From: Patescibacteria group bacterium
Lineage (GTDB): Bacteria; Patescibacteriota; Patescibacteriia; PEXW01
Direction: 5' to 3'
Assembly (NCBI GenBank): GCA_041671325.1
Contig: JBAZBR010000003.1
Coordinates: 68,506-132,505 of the forward strand
DNA length: 64,000 bases
The notes beneath the pieces were generated by a model. That model saw only the letters and a list, made by a program, of their open reading frames with translations. It did no database searches and had not been told where the DNA came from. The first letter of the stretch is position 1. Each line of letters opens with the position of its first letter. Made by a program: the position numbers and the translations under genes. Of the stretch, positions 18,353-27,135 are shown piece after piece.

Positions 18353-20650
18353 TTAGAATCTTTCCCGACCGCCGCGGCCATGGGGTGGCGGGCCAGAAAA
18401 TCTGCGGTTGCCGCCATGGAAACCATTTTCTCGTTGCGGGCTGTTATCAATAGCAGAATCAGGAATGACCAGATCACTGTCCGCGCCTAAAGCTTTTACT
18501 GACAAGCTAATGCGGCCGCGTTCTTTATCAACCTCCATGACTTTAACTTTCAATTTCTGGCCAACCTGGACGACATCAGAGACCGCGCGAATGCGGGCGC
18601 TGGCAAATTCTGAAATGTGGACCATACCGTCTTTGCCTGGAGCCAGTTCAACAATGGCGCCGATTTCCGCCCCAGAATTTCGGTCTTTCATGATTTGGGT
18701 GACTGTCCCTTCAATAATTTCACCTGGTTGCATTTCGCGAGTGATGTTCTTGATCCAGTCTTCAGCCTTGGTGGCCATTTCCGCGCTGGTGCAGGTAATG
18801 AAGATCAAGCCGCTTTCTTCAATATCAATCTTGATAACATCTGCCCCGCCGCACTCATCAATAATCTTGTTAATGGTTTCCCCGCCTTTGCCAATAACTT
18901 CGCGAATAAGTTCTGGGTTGATTTGCAAAGTGGTAATCCTGGGTGCGTATGGTGAAAGTTCTTTGCGTGGTTCGGCAATGGCGCCTTTCATAACTTCCAG
19001 AATTTTCAACCTGGCTTTTTTAGCGCCAGCCAAGGCTTCTTCCACCATAGCCATGGTCAAACCATCAACCTTGATGTCAACTTGCATGGCGGTGACGCCA
19101 TTCTTGGTGCCAGCGACTTTAAAATCCATGCCGCCGGAATGATCTTCAATGCCTTGGATATCAGTAATGACTTTATAATTTTCAGGTTTGTTCGGGTCAA
19201 CCAGCAAGCCCATGGCAATGCCAGCGACTGGTTCAATAATCGGCACGCCCGCATCCATCAGGGCCAAGGTTGAACCGCAAGCCGAAGCTTGGGAAGTGGA
19301 ACCATTGGAAGCCAAAACTTCAGAGACCACGCGAATGGTATATGGGAAGGTTTCTTTAGGCGGCAAGACGGGTTCCAAAGCGCGTTCAGCCAAAGCGCCA
19401 TGGCCAATTTCTCTTCGGCCAGGCCCGCGATTGGGTTTGGCTTCGCCAACGGAATATGGCGGGAAATTATAATGGTGCATGTAACGTTTCTTGCCAGTCT
19501 CTTCCATGCCATCCAAAGTCTGTTCATCACCGGGCGAGCCCAAAGTAATAGTTGAAAGCACTTGGGTTTCACCGCGTTGGAACAAGCCTGAACCATGAGT
19601 GCGGGGGATAAATGCCACTTCTGCTGAAAGCGGACGGATTTCATCATAAGCCCGGCCGTCAACTCTTTTGCCGGTTTCCAAAACATAAGTCAAAGCTGCA
19701 TGATCAATCATTTCGGAAAGCATGGTTATGCCAGCCAACCTCATGTCTTTAGAAACTTCGTTATCGGCTTTTAATTGTTCGTCCAATTCCTTGGTCAAAG
19801 TTTCGATCACGGCTTTTTGGTCTTTCTTAACCGTGCTGGCAAAAATGCTGTTGCGCTTTTCTTTGGTCAAGAATGCTTCGACTTTGGCTTTAACCTTTTC
19901 CCGTTCTTCATCGGCTTCAGCATTAGACATGGGATTAATTTTTTCTTTGCCTGTGGCTTTAACCACTTCATTAATCAAATCGACAATTTTTTTGATATGC
20001 TTTTGCCCGAATTTAACGGCTTCCAAAATGGTTTCTTCTTTAACTTGTTTGGCGCCAGCTTCAATCATGACGGCTTTTTCGGCGCTGCCAGCCAAGATTA
20101 AATCCAAGTCGCTTTTTTCGCGAGCTTCAGTCGTCGGGTTCAAAACCCATTCGCCGCCAATCTGGCCAACGCGAACGCCAGCAATCGGGCCGTTCCAAGG
20201 TATTTCCGACATGGTTAAAACCGTGGCTGCGCCAATTAAGGAAGGGATGTCAGGATCATTTTCTTGGTCCACTGACAAGACTAAAATACTGACTTGCACA
20301 TCATTTCGCATGCGGTCGTCAAACAAGGGCCGAATTGATCTATCAATCATGCGGCCGGTCAGCACGGCTTCATCAGTCGGCCGGCCTTCCCGTTTGATAA
20401 AGCGGGAGCCTTTAATTTTGCCGGCGGCATACAAGCGTTCTTCGTACTCAACCATGAGTGGGAAGAAATCAATGCCTTCCCGAATGGTGTTGGAAAGCAC
20501 CACCGCGGCTAAGACCATGGTATCGCCATAGCGAACTGTGCAGGCGGCATTGGCCAGACCCGCATATTTACCCGTTTCTATGGTTAGGGTTTTCCCGCCA
20601 ATCTCGGCGGAAAATGTTTTTATATCAGACATATCTTTTCTGCCCTGCAT
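18353..20650 (-). CDS. pnp: polynucleotide phosphorylase with a Gly/Arg-rich C-terminal tail
   Basis: 765 aa with two RNase PH domains, a KH domain and an S1 domain. The C-terminal tail is NGFHGGNRRFSGPPPHGRGGRERF. Confidence 0.9.
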   Translation of the reverse strand: MQGRKDMSDIKTFSAEIGGKTLTIETGKYAGLANAACTVRYGDTMVLAAVVLSNTIREGIDFFPLMVEYEERLYAAGKIKGSRFIKREGRPTDEAVLTGRMIDRSIRPLFDDRMRNDVQVSILVLSVDQENDPDIPSLIGAATVLTMSEIPWNGPIAGVRVGQIGGEWVLNPTTEAREKSDLDLILAGSAEKAVMIEAGAKQVKEETILEAVKFGQKHIKKIVDLINEVVKATGKEKINPMSNAEADEEREKVKAKVEAFLTKEKRNSIFASTVKKDQKAVIETLTKELDEQLKADNEVSKDMRLAGITMLSEMIDHAALTYVLETGKRVDGRAYDEIRPLSAEVAFIPRTHGSGLFQRGETQVLSTITLGSPGDEQTLDGMEETGKKRYMHHYNFPPYSVGEAKPNRGPGRREIGHGALAERALEPVLPPKETFPYTIRVVSEVLASNGSTSQASACGSTLALMDAGVPIIEPVAGIAMGLLVDPNKPENYKVITDIQGIEDHSGGMDFKVAGTKNGVTAMQVDIKVDGLTMAMVEEALAGAKKARLKILEVMKGAIAEPRKELSPYAPRITTLQINPELIREVIGKGGETINKIIDECGGADVIKIDIEESGLIFITCTSAEMATKAEDWIKNITREMQPGEIIEGTVTQIMKDRNSGAEIGAIVELAPGKDGMVHISEFASARIRAVSDVVQVGQKLKVKVMEVDKERGRISLSVKALGADSDLVIPDSAIDNSPQRENGFHGGNRRFSGPPPHGRGGRERF

Positions 20651-20762
20651 GAGTCCCTAAGTTAGCAGTCAGAGTCCCGTGATGAAAAATCAATGAAGCT
20701 TTGACTGAGAACTAGTAAACCAATGCCAGGGTGATTAATTAAAAATAACTTAATGAATAAAT

Positions 20763-21302
20763 TTATCGGCGCGTAATCCGAATGCGGCTCATTTGCGCCA
20801 AGCGGCTGGGAATCAGGAATTTTCTTTTGTCTTTGGAAAGGTCGGTGAACAAATCCACGGCCTCTTTTAATTTAGCTGAAGAACTTTCGCCAAAAGCCAT
20901 GCCTTCCACCCTGACGCCTTCGTGCTGCAGGGCTTGGACCAAAGGCACGAAATCCCCATCACCCGTAACTAAGACCACGACATCCAGTTTTTTGGCATAG
21001 CGCAAGGCATCAATAGTAATGCCTACGTCCCAATCGCCTTTTTTGGTGCCGTCAGCAAAAACCTGCAGATCCTTCATCCTTAATTCAAAGCCAACTTTGG
21101 TTAAATTCGCCAGGAATTTTTCTTCTTCAGAAGTGGGCGTGGCAATGCCATAGGCAAAAGCCCGGATAAGTTTTCTCCCGCCAACTGCATTTTCCAGAAT
21201 ACTGCCAAAATTTGGCCGAGCGCCATGGATGCGCTGGGCAGTGTGGTAAAGGTTTGAGAGGTCGACGAAGACGCCGATCCTTTGTTCGGCATTAGAAATC
21301 AT
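20763..21302 (-). CDS. NYN/LabA-like (DUF88) nuclease-domain protein
   Basis: The FVDxxNLY ... [13 protein letters not shown] pattern is typical of NYN domains. It lies between rpsO and pnp. Confidence 0.55.
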   Translation of the reverse strand: MISNAEQRIGVFVDLSNLYHTAQRIHGARPNFGSILENAVGGRKLIRAFAYGIATPTSEEEKFLANLTKVGFELRMKDLQVFADGTKKGDWDVGITIDALRYAKKLDVVVLVTGDGDFVPLVQALQHEGVRVEGMAFGESSSAKLKEAVDLFTDLSKDKRKFLIPSRLAQMSRIRITRR

Positions 21303-21598
21303 TCGGCGGGAGCGGTTGGAATAATATAGGTTTCACTTTTCAGTTTAAGTTTTTTGGTCAAAGCTTCAAAGCGGGTATTGTCTTCGCGCTGCAAATAAGT
21401 CAATAATCTGCGCCTTTGCCCGACTTTTTTCAGCAAGCCCCGGCGGGAAGAAAAATCTTTCTTGTGGGCTTTTAAATGGCCGGCTAATTGGTCTATTTCG
21501 TATGACAAAATTGCCACCTGGACTTCGGGTGAACCAGTGTCGCCATCGTGGGTTTTGAACTTTTTAATAACCCTGTCTTTTGCAGTCTTGTCTAACAT
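21299..21598 (-). CDS. rpsO: 30S ribosomal protein S15
   Basis: [11 protein letters not shown]...[24 protein letters not shown]. Alignment to E. coli S15 favours the internal start MLDKT (21598) over the track start at 21640. Confidence 0.8.
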   Translation of the reverse strand: MLDKTAKDRVIKKFKTHDGDTGSPEVQVAILSYEIDQLAGHLKAHKKDFSSRRGLLKKVGQRRRLLTYLQREDNTRFEALTKKLKLKSETYIIPTAPAE

Positions 21599-21721
21599 AG
21601 TTTTTCCTTTCGCGATGGCCGAGATTAAGGATTGGTCCAAAATCCAAGCAATCGTACCTTAATGAATGAGTGAAAAGATTATAAGTTTAATCAGGTTTTT
21701 TGTCAAGATATTGTTTAAATA

Positions 21722-22400
21722 AAAAAATCGCCCCGAGCAATGGTCTGCCCGGGGCAAAAATCAATTTTAGCGACCTTGTCCCCTGATTATCTGGCAGGTT
21801 TTCCCTATACCAGTCCTCATCAGGGGAGTTAAATGCCGGTTTTCAGCTGCATTTAACCTCCAGCCGTTTTTTTGGCGCGCAGGTGCCCTTCTGTTTCCCC
21901 GCAGTCCCGTAGGACTACGAGCGCGTGTCTTGACTTATTAGACGGGGTTTTTACTGACCCTTGGCAGCCAAGGGCTTTTTAAGCCCTTAAGCATAGACAA
22001 CCAAACGCACCACCTCCTATGTGCAACCTTTAGCTTTCCGCGGTATTTTTAGTGTGGGGAAGTTGGTTGCAGTTTCAACCCCGACACTTTCGACTAAGGT
22101 TTTGTGGTAAACCAAGTTTGCTTGGCTCACCGTTGTCACTGGCTCTACGTTAGAGTCAGCTTCTTCTTTGGCTTCGCCTATTCTGGTCGCCCTTAATCGG
22201 GGATTTTACTTAACCCGAAACTTTTGGGCATCTGGCCAGAACTTGGCGTCGCCGACCGAGCCGATCAGGCGGCGCGGTTGGTGTTGCCGGTGTTTGTGTT
22301 GTTTCCCATCAAATCAATGTGTTGCCGACACCTTCGAAGTGCCCTCATAGAATTCCTCCGCGTTTTGAGGTGAATCACCAGCCAAAAAATTAATTCGAGA
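21722..22400. other. about 650-nt GC-elevated noncoding region with multiple hairpins and terminators on both strands. Candidate structured RNA(s) of unknown identity.
   Basis: A minus-strand terminator at about 21722-21760 (CCCCGGGCAGACCATTGCTCGGGG followed by a T-run). A plus-strand terminator at about 21960-21985 (CCCTTGGCAGCCAAGGG followed by CTTTTT). A TTGTCA-N15-TAAATA element at about 21694. Only short, implausible ORFs. Confidence 0.25.
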
Positions 22401-22604
22401 GCTGATGAATAATCCAGTATACACGGTTTAAAATATTTGTCAACCCCATATATAAGATCTTCTGATGTTATACGCAAAGAGGTTTTAGTATGGGCAAAAA
22501 GTAACAAGGATTCGGGAAGCGAAGCTTGCAAAAACATATTTAAAAGCCCGCGGTTCGTATAAAAACTACTTTGCAGGCTTTTTTGTAGGTTTTGGACTAC
22601 GCAA

Positions 22605-22886
22605 TCAACTTTTTTTCCTGAAATTGATGTAGACGAGGAGGCTGAGCCCCTGTAATGTGCCAAGAAAAACAGAGGATGTTACTCCCATGGTCGTAGCAAG
22701 GATTGGGTCGATGATCCGCCCTATACCATACCCGGTAGCTCCCCAGCAGACAAAACTTCCGATTACCGCAAAATAAGTTGCCTTGTCGCTTTTGCGATAA
22801 TCGTACTTTCTGATGTATCTCCTGGCGAGAACGATGAAGCTTGCCCACAGTGCTGCTATTCCAATTATCCAAAGAACTTTCTCCAT
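22605..22886 (-). CDS. small membrane protein (hypothetical)
   Basis: Three TM helices. The internal Met (MEKVLWII) is the likely start. Confidence 0.4.
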   Translation of the reverse strand: MEKVLWIIGIAALWASFIVLARRYIRKYDYRKSDKATYFAVIGSFVCWGATGYGIGRIIDPILATTMGVTSSVFLGTLQGLSLLVYINFRKKS

Positions 22887-22912
22887 GAATGTCCTCCTTA
22901 TTTTTAATTGCA

Positions 22913-23647
22913 TTAAGCCTTAACCAATGTCATTTCCAAACGCACCCGGTCGGGGAAATCTGAAAATATGCCATCAACTCCCATATTGATGAATTCCCGG
23001 ATTTCCGCCTGTTCATTAACCACTGAAACTAAAAATTTGAAACCTTGGGCATGAGCCAAAAGCACTTGTTGCTGATTGACCATCTTTTTGGACGCAATCA
23101 AATAACTGAGACCCAGGCCCTGGTAAGCTTTAAGACTCAGCGGCCATTGGTAAATAATAAGGCCAATTTGGATATCCGGTCTTAGCCGATGAAAAGCGGC
23201 GATTTCCTGGAAACTTGTAGAGGTTACCAGAATATCTTCGGCTTTCCAGTCAGCGCGCATGGTTGCGTCAAGCTGAGAAAGTTTTTCGGCCAGCATAGCG
23301 CCAGTCCCGCGACTTTTTAATTCGACATTCAGCGTTATGCAACTGCCAGCCAGAATTTCCAAGACTTCATCCAAGGCAGGCACCCATTCCCCTTGGCTGT
23401 CTTGGATCTTGAACTGCTGGATTTGAGCAAGAGTCAGACTGGAAACGTCGCCTAGGCCGTTTGAGGTCCGGTCGACGCTGGCATCATGAATCACGGCTAA
23501 TTTGCCGTCAGCAGTAGCTTGGACATCAAGTTCGATCATGTCGGCGCCTAATTGTACGGCCAAAGTAAAAGCCGCCAGGGTGTTTCCCGGTCTATAACCA
23601 GAAGCGCCTTGATGAGCAATTACTAACATATTCACCGTTTTTCCCAC
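22913..23647 (-). CDS. glycerophosphodiester phosphodiesterase
   Basis: GDPD signature HQGASGYRPGNTLAAF..GADMIELDVQ.T.DG..VV.HD. 244 aa. Confidence 0.8.
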   Translation of the reverse strand: MGKTVNMLVIAHQGASGYRPGNTLAAFTLAVQLGADMIELDVQATADGKLAVIHDASVDRTSNGLGDVSSLTLAQIQQFKIQDSQGEWVPALDEVLEILAGSCITLNVELKSRGTGAMLAEKLSQLDATMRADWKAEDILVTSTSFQEIAAFHRLRPDIQIGLIIYQWPLSLKAYQGLGLSYLIASKKMVNQQQVLLAHAQGFKFLVSVVNEQAEIREFINMGVDGIFSDFPDRVRLEMTLVKA

Positions 23648-23773
23648 CTTTCTACTTTTGTTTATTATTTTTCAAATAGCTTTTAGCTTTGATTTTCTAA
23701 AAAGAAATTACCTTTCTGCCTAGCTAAAGTCAAGGATTATGTTTTTTAAAAAAAGTGTCGTATAATATCCGCG

Positions 23774-24715
23774 ATGGCTAATTCCCTTGCTAAACTCTTA
23801 AACGACTTTTTGACTTATTTGGAGATTGAAAAAAATGTCTCGCCTTTGACTGTGAAGAATTACGATTTTTACTTGAGGCGCTTCATGAGCTGGGGCAACC
23901 TAAAAGATCCTCAAGACATCACCTCAGAAAAGGTCAGGCAATACCGTTTGTATTTAAATCGTCTACTCAATCAGCAAAAAGAAGCCTTAAAAGCTTCCAC
24001 TCGGAATTACCACTTGATTGCTCTGCGTTCTTTTTTGAAGTATTTATCCAAACGGGATGTTAAAGCTTTGGCTCCGGAAAAGGTGGAACTAGCTAAGCAG
24101 CCTGAACGGCAGGTAAATTTTTTAGAAGGAGCAGATTTGGAAAGATTTTTAGAAGCGCCTTTAAAAACCAATGAACATAATTTGGTTAAGTTCCGGGACA
24201 AGGCAATTTTGGAAATGCTTTTTTCCACGGGCTTGCGGGTTTCCGAATTGGCGGGTTTAAAAAAAGAAAACGTGAATTTGGAAAAAGAGGAATTCACGGT
24301 CCGAGGCAAGGGTGGAAAATTGCGGGTAGTTTTTCTTTCCCATACGTCCAGGCATTTTTTGGGCGAATATTTGAATAATCGGAATGACCAAGAGCCCTGG
24401 ATGTTTTTGCGGCATGACCGGGCCATTAAAAGATCGGCCGAACATTTAAAACCTTTGACTCCCAGGTCAATCCAAAGGATTGTCCAATATTATGCCAAAG
24501 CCGCGGGCATAACCAAAAGGGTCACCCCGCATACCTTGCGCCATTCTTATGCCACGGATTTATTAATCAATGGCGCAGACATCCGTTCAGTCCAATCCAT
24601 GTTGGGCCACGCTTCCATAACAACCACGCAAATTTACACGCACGTCACCAATCAGCAGCTAAGGGAAGTTTATAAGGCTTTCCATGCCAGAAGAAGAAAA
24701 GACAAAGAGGATTGA
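23774..24715 (+). CDS. tyrosine site-specific recombinase (XerC/XerD-like, or island integrase)
   Basis: The C-terminal catalytic box HTLRHSYATDLL...LGHASITTTQIYTHV contains the R..H..R..Y residues. The gene ends at TGA and lies directly upstream of a tRNA cluster. Confidence 0.8.
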   Translation: MANSLAKLLNDFLTYLEIEKNVSPLTVKNYDFYLRRFMSWGNLKDPQDITSEKVRQYRLYLNRLLNQQKEALKASTRNYHLIALRSFLKYLSKRDVKALAPEKVELAKQPERQVNFLEGADLERFLEAPLKTNEHNLVKFRDKAILEMLFSTGLRVSELAGLKKENVNLEKEEFTVRGKGGKLRVVFLSHTSRHFLGEYLNNRNDQEPWMFLRHDRAIKRSAEHLKPLTPRSIQRIVQYYAKAAGITKRVTPHTLRHSYATDLLINGADIRSVQSMLGHASITTTQIYTHVTNQQLREVYKAFHARRRKDKED

Positions 24716-24761
24716 CCTAGGTTCAAGAATTAATTACTATTCGAATTCAGATTGAAAATTT

Positions 24762-24836
24762 GTCCCTATAGTTCAACGGATAGAACGAGAGCCTTCTAAG
24801 CTCTAGATGGAAGTTCGATTCTTCCTGGGGACACCA
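24762..24836 (+). tRNA. tRNA-Arg(TCT)
   Basis: Hand fold. Acceptor GTCCCTA/TGGGGAC, anticodon loop CTTCTAA, T-loop TTCGATT, 3' CCA encoded. 75 nt. Confidence 0.75.
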
Positions 24837-24965
24837 AGAGAATTATTAACAATTTTCCCCTTACAGGTTCTCCGCCACCGAAAGATTTTAGAGGCGGATC
24901 CGCCTCTTGCACCAAAGGCGCATCTGCCTCTGGCACGAGGCGGAGATTCCTGCTGAGGGCACCAG
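24837..24965 (+). repeat. palindrome-rich spacer ending in a tRNA-3'-end-like GGGCACCA
   Basis: Contains the perfect 16-bp palindrome GAGGCGGATCCGCCTC, and CTCCGCC...GGCGGAG long-range pairing. It ends in ...GCTGAGGGCACCA directly before tRNA-Val. Confidence 0.3.
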
Positions 24966-25042
<77 letters not shown>

Positions 25043-25230
25043 CGCGCGCACGCGCCTTTCACCTTTCGTGAACGCGCAAGCTTGTTCACTACAGGTTCCA
25101 GGCGCAGCTCGCTTGCCCCGTTTTATCTATAGATAAAACGGGGACCCCGGTTGGATTCTGCAAGCGTACCGCTTACCCCATCCGCCTTTGGCGAGATGGG
25201 GACCCCAAATGAATAAAAATGTTATCATAA
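25043..25230 (+). repeat. tRNA-trailer structured element (Val copy; divergent member of the trailer family)
   Basis: Starts immediately after CCA with CGCGCGCACGCGCCTTTCACC. It contains perfect hairpins CCCCGTTTTATCTATAGATAAAACGGGG and CCCCATC..GATGGGG, each followed by GGGGACCCC, and CGTACCGCTTACCCC resembling the GTGCCGCTnTCCCC punctuation of the other copies. Confidence 0.4.
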
Positions 25231-25234
25231 ATTT

Positions 25235-25507
25235 ATGAAATATTTCGTCGGCATCATTTTAATAGGCATAGGCTTTGTAATCATCTGGAAGTCAGATTGG
25301 CTTATGAACAATCTGGGCCGGATTGATTGGGCCGAACAGCATTTGGGTATGGATGGCGGGACGCGCTTGTTGTATAAGTTAATTGGTGTAGTTTTGATAA
25401 TCGGAGCTTTTCTTTTAATGGGCGGTGGCTTGTCTAAAGGTGCGAAGAAAGTTTTCACTCCCAGTGGTCCTACTGATATAGAACAGCCGCAAAGTGAAGG
25501 ATTATAG
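25235..25507 (+). CDS. small membrane protein (hypothetical)
   Basis: 90 aa with 2 TM helices. No clear ribosome-binding site. Confidence 0.3.
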   Translation: MKYFVGIILIGIGFVIIWKSDWLMNNLGRIDWAEQHLGMDGGTRLLYKLIGVVLIIGAFLLMGGGLSKGAKKVFTPSGPTDIEQPQSEGL

Positions 25508-25528
25508 AAATTGAAAAATAATTTTTAT

Positions 25529-25604
25529 GGGCCGTTAGCTTAGCTGGTAGAGCGCCGCGTTTGCAACGCGGAGGTCGCCGGTTCGAATCCGGCACGGTCC
25601 ACCA
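25529..25604 (+). tRNA. tRNA-Ala(TGC)
   Basis: Hand fold. Acceptor GGGCCGT/ACGGTCC with the G3:U70 alanine identity pair. Anticodon loop TTTGCAA, CCA encoded. Confidence 0.8.
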
Positions 25605-25850
25605 CGCGTCATTGCGAGCGACGGGTTTCGTGTGGCAACATTTGTTGCCCCACTGCACCCTCTGCTCGCATGCCGCTTTCCCCACGCGCCAGTTCCGCCG
25701 CGTGGGGCCCCCAGGAAGATTTTCGTTCGTGTGCCGCTTTTCCTCACGAATGCGTGCTCCTCCCCCTCGACTCCGCTCGGGGTCGTGCGATCCACATTCG
25801 TGAGGTCAGGTTTCACAAACGTGCCGTTTTCCCAAAAAATATATGCAAAT
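25605..25850 (+). repeat. tRNA-trailer structured element, copy U1
   Basis: CGCGTCATTGCGAGCGACGGGTTTCGTGTG, then hairpin GGCAACATTTGTTGCC, then CCACTGCACCCTCTG-CTCGCATGCCGCTTTCCCC. Further modules end in GTGTGCCGCTTTTCC and GTGCCGTTTTCCC. About 60% GC against a background near 40%. Confidence 0.55.
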
Positions 25851-25962
25851 ATCCAATCACAAAGCTATTGTGTTTTTTTGAAAATGTATTAGCATTAAAG
25901 ACATAAAAAAATAGTTAACCCTTTTCTCTTTTCAAAAAATCAAAAGGAAGGAGGGCCGAGCT

Positions 25963-26346
25963 TTGAAAATCAAACAGCTAGGCAGACATTTGCTTATTGA
26001 ATTCATTGGTTGTGACCCGAAGTTGCTTAACAATCTTCGGGCAATTAAGCGGATGTGTCGGCAAGCGGTTCTGGAATCTGGAGCCACAATTGTCGGGGAT
26101 CGTTTTCATAAGTTTGCTCCCCACGGCGTTTCGGGTGTTTTTTTACTCGCAGAATCACACTTCTCATTCCATAGCTGGCCTGAGTACGGCTACGCGGCTG
26201 TGGACGTTTTCACCTGCGGTGAAAAGGTTGATCCCGAAAAAACGCGTATTTACTTGAAACGCGAACTCAAGGCTAGAAGGGCTTTTATAAGAAGGGTCAA
26301 AAGAGGCATACCTTCCGAAAAAAATGGGGTAATACCTCACAAATAG
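25963..26346 (+). CDS. speH: S-adenosylmethionine decarboxylase proenzyme (class 1B, pyruvoyl-dependent)
   Basis: GRHLLIEFIGCD...AESHFSFHSWPEYGYAAVDVFTCG, with the E|S self-cleavage site. 127 aa. GC content is higher than in the surrounding genes. Confidence 0.85.
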   Translation: MKIKQLGRHLLIEFIGCDPKLLNNLRAIKRMCRQAVLESGATIVGDRFHKFAPHGVSGVFLLAESHFSFHSWPEYGYAAVDVFTCGEKVDPEKTRIYLKRELKARRAFIRRVKRGIPSEKNGVIPHK

Positions 26347-26519
26347 CTGGCTATTTCCAAAGGCCTGGACGAATTTTCGTTCAGGCCTTTATTTATAAAT
26401 TTAACTTTTATTATTGACCAATTCCTGGTAATTTATTAGTATTCGAAAGCTTTAGTGATATGTTTGAATATCTAATGCGTGATGGGTGTCAATAGAGAAT
26501 AAAATAATTGATATTCCCT

Positions 26520-26546
26520 GCGGTGGCCATGGTGTAGTGGTAACAC
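26520..26546 (+). pseudogene. tRNA-His 5' fragment (positions -1 to about 25)
   Basis: GCGGTGGCCATGGTGTAGTGGTAACAC matches the first 26 nt of the intact tRNA-His 150 nt downstream, then diverges. Confidence 0.6.
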
Positions 26547-26673
26547 CCCGCACTACTCACTTCGTTCGAGTGCGAGGGCAGGCAGAGGCAAGTCTGTATC
26601 TCTTGTAAAAAACCACAAAGGTAAGTTTAATTTTCAATTATCATTTATAATATTGAGTAATGCTGTGCATGGG

Positions 26674-26748
26674 GGTGGCCATGGTGTAGTGGTAACACAG
26701 AGGCTTGTGGAGCCTTTATCTCGGGTTCGATCCCCGATGGCCACCCCC
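26674..26748 (+). tRNA. tRNA-His(GTG) with genomically encoded G-1
   Basis: Hand fold. G-1 opposite discriminator C73, acceptor GTGGCCA/TGGCCAC, anticodon loop TTGTGGA, T-loop TTCGATC, CCA encoded. Confidence 0.75.
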
Positions 26749-27135
26749 ATGCACAGCAACCAAAACATATGGTTCGGGTTGGGAATAACAGCAGATCCTC
26801 GAGAACAAAATAAAAGTAAAAAACGAGACCCCGCCCAAGTGGCGGGGCCGATGGCCACCCCAAGGTGGTTGCCACCGCAGGGAATATCAGAGGCTTGCCT
26901 GTCCCGTACTTGAGCCTCGCGAATAGTACGGGATGGAGCCCCCGAACCACCTTGGGTTCGGGGCATGCTTTATCTCGGGTTCTCCGCCACAAAAAAAATA
27001 ATGCGGATCCCCCGCCTACCGAAGCCTCGTGCGGCGGGCAGGCGCCGGATGGCGGGAGATCCCCCAGCCTCACCCGACGAGCGTGCGAGTCAAGGCGGGC
27101 GATGGCCACCCCAAGGTGGTATTCTATGATATAGA
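26749..27135 (+). repeat. GC-rich mosaic of tRNA-His fragments
   Basis: The 3'-end copy CCGATGGCCACCCCAAGGTGG occurs at about 26848 and about 27099. An internal copy at 26888..26982, CAGAGGCTTG-[70-nt insert]-CTTTATCTCGGGTTC, reproduces the anticodon-to-T-arm region with an insertion. About 60% GC. The track ORFs here are judged spurious. Confidence 0.5.

Noticed and set aside
18408-20531. Long antisense ORFs inside pnp (18408..19142+, 19722..20531+), hppA (8297.., 9293.., 9521..), nusA (10364..10933+) and the surface-protein gene (35354.., 37483.., 37505..).
   Set aside because: They lie opposite well-supported conserved genes and have biased Ser/Ala/Pro-rich composition typical of antisense frames. 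No independent support exists.
22265-22663. A 132-aa ORF on the minus strand upstream of rpsO.
   Set aside because: It is low-complexity, with no ribosome-binding site. It spans the hairpin-rich noncoding region and overlaps the small membrane-protein gene in another frame.
25561-25803. The 'conserved protein' HHASLRATGFVWQHLLPHCTLC shared by ORFs 25561..25803 and 48746..49042.
   Set aside because: The amino-acid identity merely reflects the nucleotide repeat (the trailer element). The ORFs start inside tRNA genes and run through hairpins. They are not coding.
25605-25850. The recurring GTGCCGCTnTCCCC motif, separated by 50-80-nt variable segments after tRNAs, looked superficially like a repeat-spacer array (CRISPR-like).
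   Set aside because: The repeats are only about 14 nt long, imperfect and irregularly spaced. The same 'spacers' recur between loci, and no cas genes or leader are present. It is better explained as a modular structured repeat.
26547-26673. A group I intron or split tRNA-His to explain the 5' tRNA-His fragment followed 125 nt later by a full gene.
   Set aside because: The downstream gene is complete and folds by itself. The intervening sequence is AT-rich with no recognisable P/Q/R/S core. A duplicated fragment from integration events is the more economical reading.
26634-27134. Track ORFs 26645..27109(-), 26634..26966(-), 26653..26913(+) and 26865..27134(+) as genes.
   Set aside because: They overlap one another in several frames in a 60% GC repeat mosaic built of tRNA fragments. 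They are rich in Arg, Pro and Gly and have no ribosome-binding sites. These are spurious ORFs of a GC-rich noncoding stretch.
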